Assembly (NCBI GenBank): GCA_001724265.1
Contig: MEDY01000158.1
Location: forward strand, 1-64,000
Length of the DNA: 64,000 nucleotides
DNA from: Rhizaria sp. SCN 62-66
Taxonomy: Eukaryota
Reading direction: 5' to 3'
Part shown: positions 61,493 to 64,000 of the stretch, one piece after another
Layout of the letters: every line of letters starts with the position of its first letter
Position numbering within the stretch: position 1 is the stretch's first letter
The notes under the pieces: generated by a model
What the model was told of the DNA's origin: nothing
Seen by the model: the letters and a program-made list of their open reading frames with translations, nothing else
Database searches by the model: none
Program-made: the position numbers and the translations under genes

Positions 61493-64000
61493 CCGCGCGG
61501 CGGCGGCGGCGCTCTCGCGCTGGGCTGGGCGCTCACTGTTGCGCGCGTGGTCCGCGGGCTCGGCGCTGCGCTGCGGTGCGAGCCGGAGACTGTGGAGAGC
61601 CGTGACGGGCGGGCGCGGGCGCGGGCTCTGGCGGGCGCACTGCAGGGTGTGTTAGCCGGTGACGCTACGCTGCCTTGTCACGAAACTGCGGCAAACGCAC
61701 TCGTACGGAGCGATAATGTCGACGGACTCAGTCAAGACAGCGATGATGACGAGAATGTTGGTGCCAGCGATGCAAGGCTGAGCAGACACTGCTTGCGCAG
61801 CCCTCTGGACCGGCTCCTGGGCCCGCGCGGCCGGCTCCAGCTCTCCAGCGCCGCCTCCGCCTCTTCCTCTGCCGTTACAGCGTCGTCTCTCACTGCGACC
61901 GCTGGTGTTGCTGCGGACGAAGACTGCGAGCTTTTCGCGCTTGCAGTCGCCGCGGCGGCGTGGGCGTCCGGCGCCGCGCTGCCCGCCTTTGCACCCGCCT
62001 ACCTCCCCGCGCTGCTCGCCACGGCCGCCAATACAAGCGCTGATTCTGACAGCGGCGCCGGCCCGCGCGCGTCCCCGTCGCCGCCGCCCGGGCACCCGCA
62101 GGCGTCGCCGCTTGTGTCACCAATCCCGCTCACCGCGCCCGCGCTCGTGCTCGCGCCCAGCGCGCTTGCCCCCGTCCCCACGGGCGCCAGCACCGGCACC
62201 AGCACCACTGTCGGCTTCAACACCGCCGCCGCCGCTGCCACTGCTGGCGCTGTATCCGTCATCTGTGAGCCGCCCGCAGTGGTGCTCACGCCCGCAGCGC
62301 CGCCGCACGCGCTGCCGCGGCTCGTCCGCGGCTTCCTTCTCGCTGAAGTGCTGGGCCGCGGCGCGTTCGGCGTCGTCTTCCGCGCGCTGCCCACGCCCGC
62401 AGCCTACGCGCCCGTGCTCGGCGACGCTGTGACACCGCCGCCAGCGACCGCGCCGCTGTTCGCGGACTGGCCGCGCGCGCTCGCGGACCGCCTGCGCCGC
62501 GCCGCACCGCCCGCCTCGGCGGCGGCCTTCGCAGCGGCGGGCGTCGCGGCGGCCAGCGCGGCGGCCGAGGCGGCCGGACTGGCTGGAGAGCCCGCCGAGG
62601 GGCCCGTGGCGATCTCGCGCTGCCTGCCGTCGCACGTCGCGGTCAAAGAGCTACCGCTGAGCGCGCTGGCGGGCGCGGACGGTCCTCCCTTGGAGCCCGA
62701 TGAGCTCGCCGCTGCCGACGCCGCGCTGCAGCAGGAGGCCGCCGTCGCCGTCGCCGCGCGCGCCGAGGCCGTGTGCCGCGAAGTCGCGATCGCCGCGCAG
62801 GTGACGCACCCGTACATCGTGCGCTACCACACGTCGTTCGTGTCGGCCGCGCGCCTGCACTTGGTGTCAGAACTCGTCGCCGGCCCCACCGTCTCCGACC
62901 TGGCCGCCGCGCTGCACGCTCGTGCGCTGCGACTGCCGGAGACGCTGTTGTGGTCGCTCTTCGCGCAGCTGTGCCTTGCTGTCACGCACTTGCACGCGGA
63001 CTTGCGCGTTGTGCACCGTGATATCTCGCCCGCGAACGTGCTTGTTGCCGTCCGCGCGCCGCCGCAGAGCCCTGCGCCGCGCGCACACGCCGACGCCGTT
63101 TTCGCTGGCTTCCCCGCGCCCGCGCCGATGCATACGCACACGCGCGCTGCTGGAAGTTGGGGCGATGTGTCTTCTGCGGCGGCCGCGACGGCGGCTGCGT
63201 GGGCGGAGGCGGATTACGTCACGGGGCTCTTCACAGCTGAACCGGGCGCGTACACGCACCACTGCCCCGACGGGCTCTGGCAGCGCCTCCTGCGTCGTCG
63301 CGCGCGTCCGCGCTGCGCCGCCTGTCTCGGCACGCTCTCACGGTCGCGCTTCGGCGCCTCAGCACGGCCCGCGCTTGCAGCGAGCTTCCCCGCCCCGCAC
63401 TGGCAAGACGCACTGCCGCTCTCCGTCGCCGACGCCGTCATCAGCGCCTTGTTGTCTTCGCAGAGCGGCTTCGGTCTCACTGGCGCGTTCGGCGGGACCG
63501 GGGCGTTCTCTGTGCTGGCCACAGGCACCGGTGGCGGCGGCAACGGCGGCGCGCTGCTGGGGCCGCAAGCGCTGTCCCGACAGCCGTCTGGCCCGCAAAC
63601 GCCCGCGCACGGCCGCACGGCCGCACTCGACGCCGCCGGTCCACCCGCCGCGGTCGCGGTCTGGCGCGGCGGCGCGCTGTGCACTGCGGTATCGTGCGCG
63701 TGTGCCTGTGCAGCGCGCGAGAGCGACGACGCCGCCGCGTGTGCGAGTGCGGTCGGCGCGGCGGACTCGGCGCCGTTCCCGCTGCTGCTGACAGTCAAAG
63801 TAACCGATTTCGGCCTCGCACGGCAGACCGCGCCCGGCCACACGCTGCTGCAATCCTCGGTCGGCACGGTGTCGTATTCCTGCCCCGAGATTATCTTGCG
63901 CCAGCCTTACACGGCCAAGGCTGACGTGTGGTCGCTGGGCTGTGTGCTGTACCACCTCGCTGCGCGCCGGCCGCCGTTCGCCGGGTCGAACCCGCTGCTG
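57059..64000 (+). CDS. NEK10: NEK10-like kinase (N-terminal armadillo region plus kinase domain) with an in-frame TAG at 59735-59737; runs off the right edge
   Basis: ARM-like blocks LRVLRCLRVLSRD, AHAPLLLLLCSASPFVVQAALVALLHL and LRRLAADLLAFL lie before the TAG. The same frame stays open to the edge with LGRGAFGVV (62351), VAVKE (62636), HPYIVRYHTSF, VVHRDISPANVL (63014), VTDFGLARQ (63806) and SSVGTVSYSCPE...KADVWSLGCVLY. Confidence 0.82.
60758..60829 (+). repeat. Coding hexanucleotide repeat (AATGGT)n encoding Asn-Gly in the NEK10-like gene
   Basis: About 12 perfect units; the length preserves the reading frame. Confidence 0.9.

Noticed and set aside
63050-63780. Kinase insertion as an intein
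   Set aside because: No Cys/Ser start with His-Asn end and no endonuclease motifs; low-complexity composition.
1-64000. tRNA, rRNA, SL RNA or transposon genes
   Set aside because: No cloverleaf, rRNA motif, convincing leader-GT-Sm arrangement, transposase or reverse transcriptase recognised by eye; a covariance-model scan is needed to exclude them.

Overview
Gene-dense nuclear DNA of a flagellated eukaryotic microbe (a protist; lineage not determinable from this window). It has GC-rich exons, AT/pyrimidine-rich spacers and short spliceosomal introns. I model 20 protein-coding genes: an outer-arm gamma-type dynein heavy chain (runs off the left edge), BUD31, TrmO/TsaA, NADPH-cytochrome P450 reductase, CWC15, a bacterial-type cyclase/kynurenine formamidase, an Ala/Glu/Lys-repeat membrane-anchored protein, a probable mitochondrial membrane protein, Bax inhibitor-1, twinfilin, a cyclin-like protein, a ZNHIT2-like protein, an EF-hand protein, a 1876-aa unknown EF-hand protein, POLE3, Rab8, G-protein beta, ADP/ATP carrier, a secreted Pro/Tyr-rich protein and a NEK10-like kinase (runs off the right edge). 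Best lead: two otherwise intact genes carry a single in-frame TAG, while none of the 18 visible gene ends uses TAG (11 TAA, 7 TGA), suggesting UAG may be a sense codon here. Second lead: most start codons sit just downstream of a pyrimidine tract plus YAG with no consensus donor that I could find, suggesting spliced-leader trans-splicing or systematic 5'UTR introns. Ten of 11 modelled introns begin GTACG. Family assignments come from recognising motifs by eye; no searches were run.
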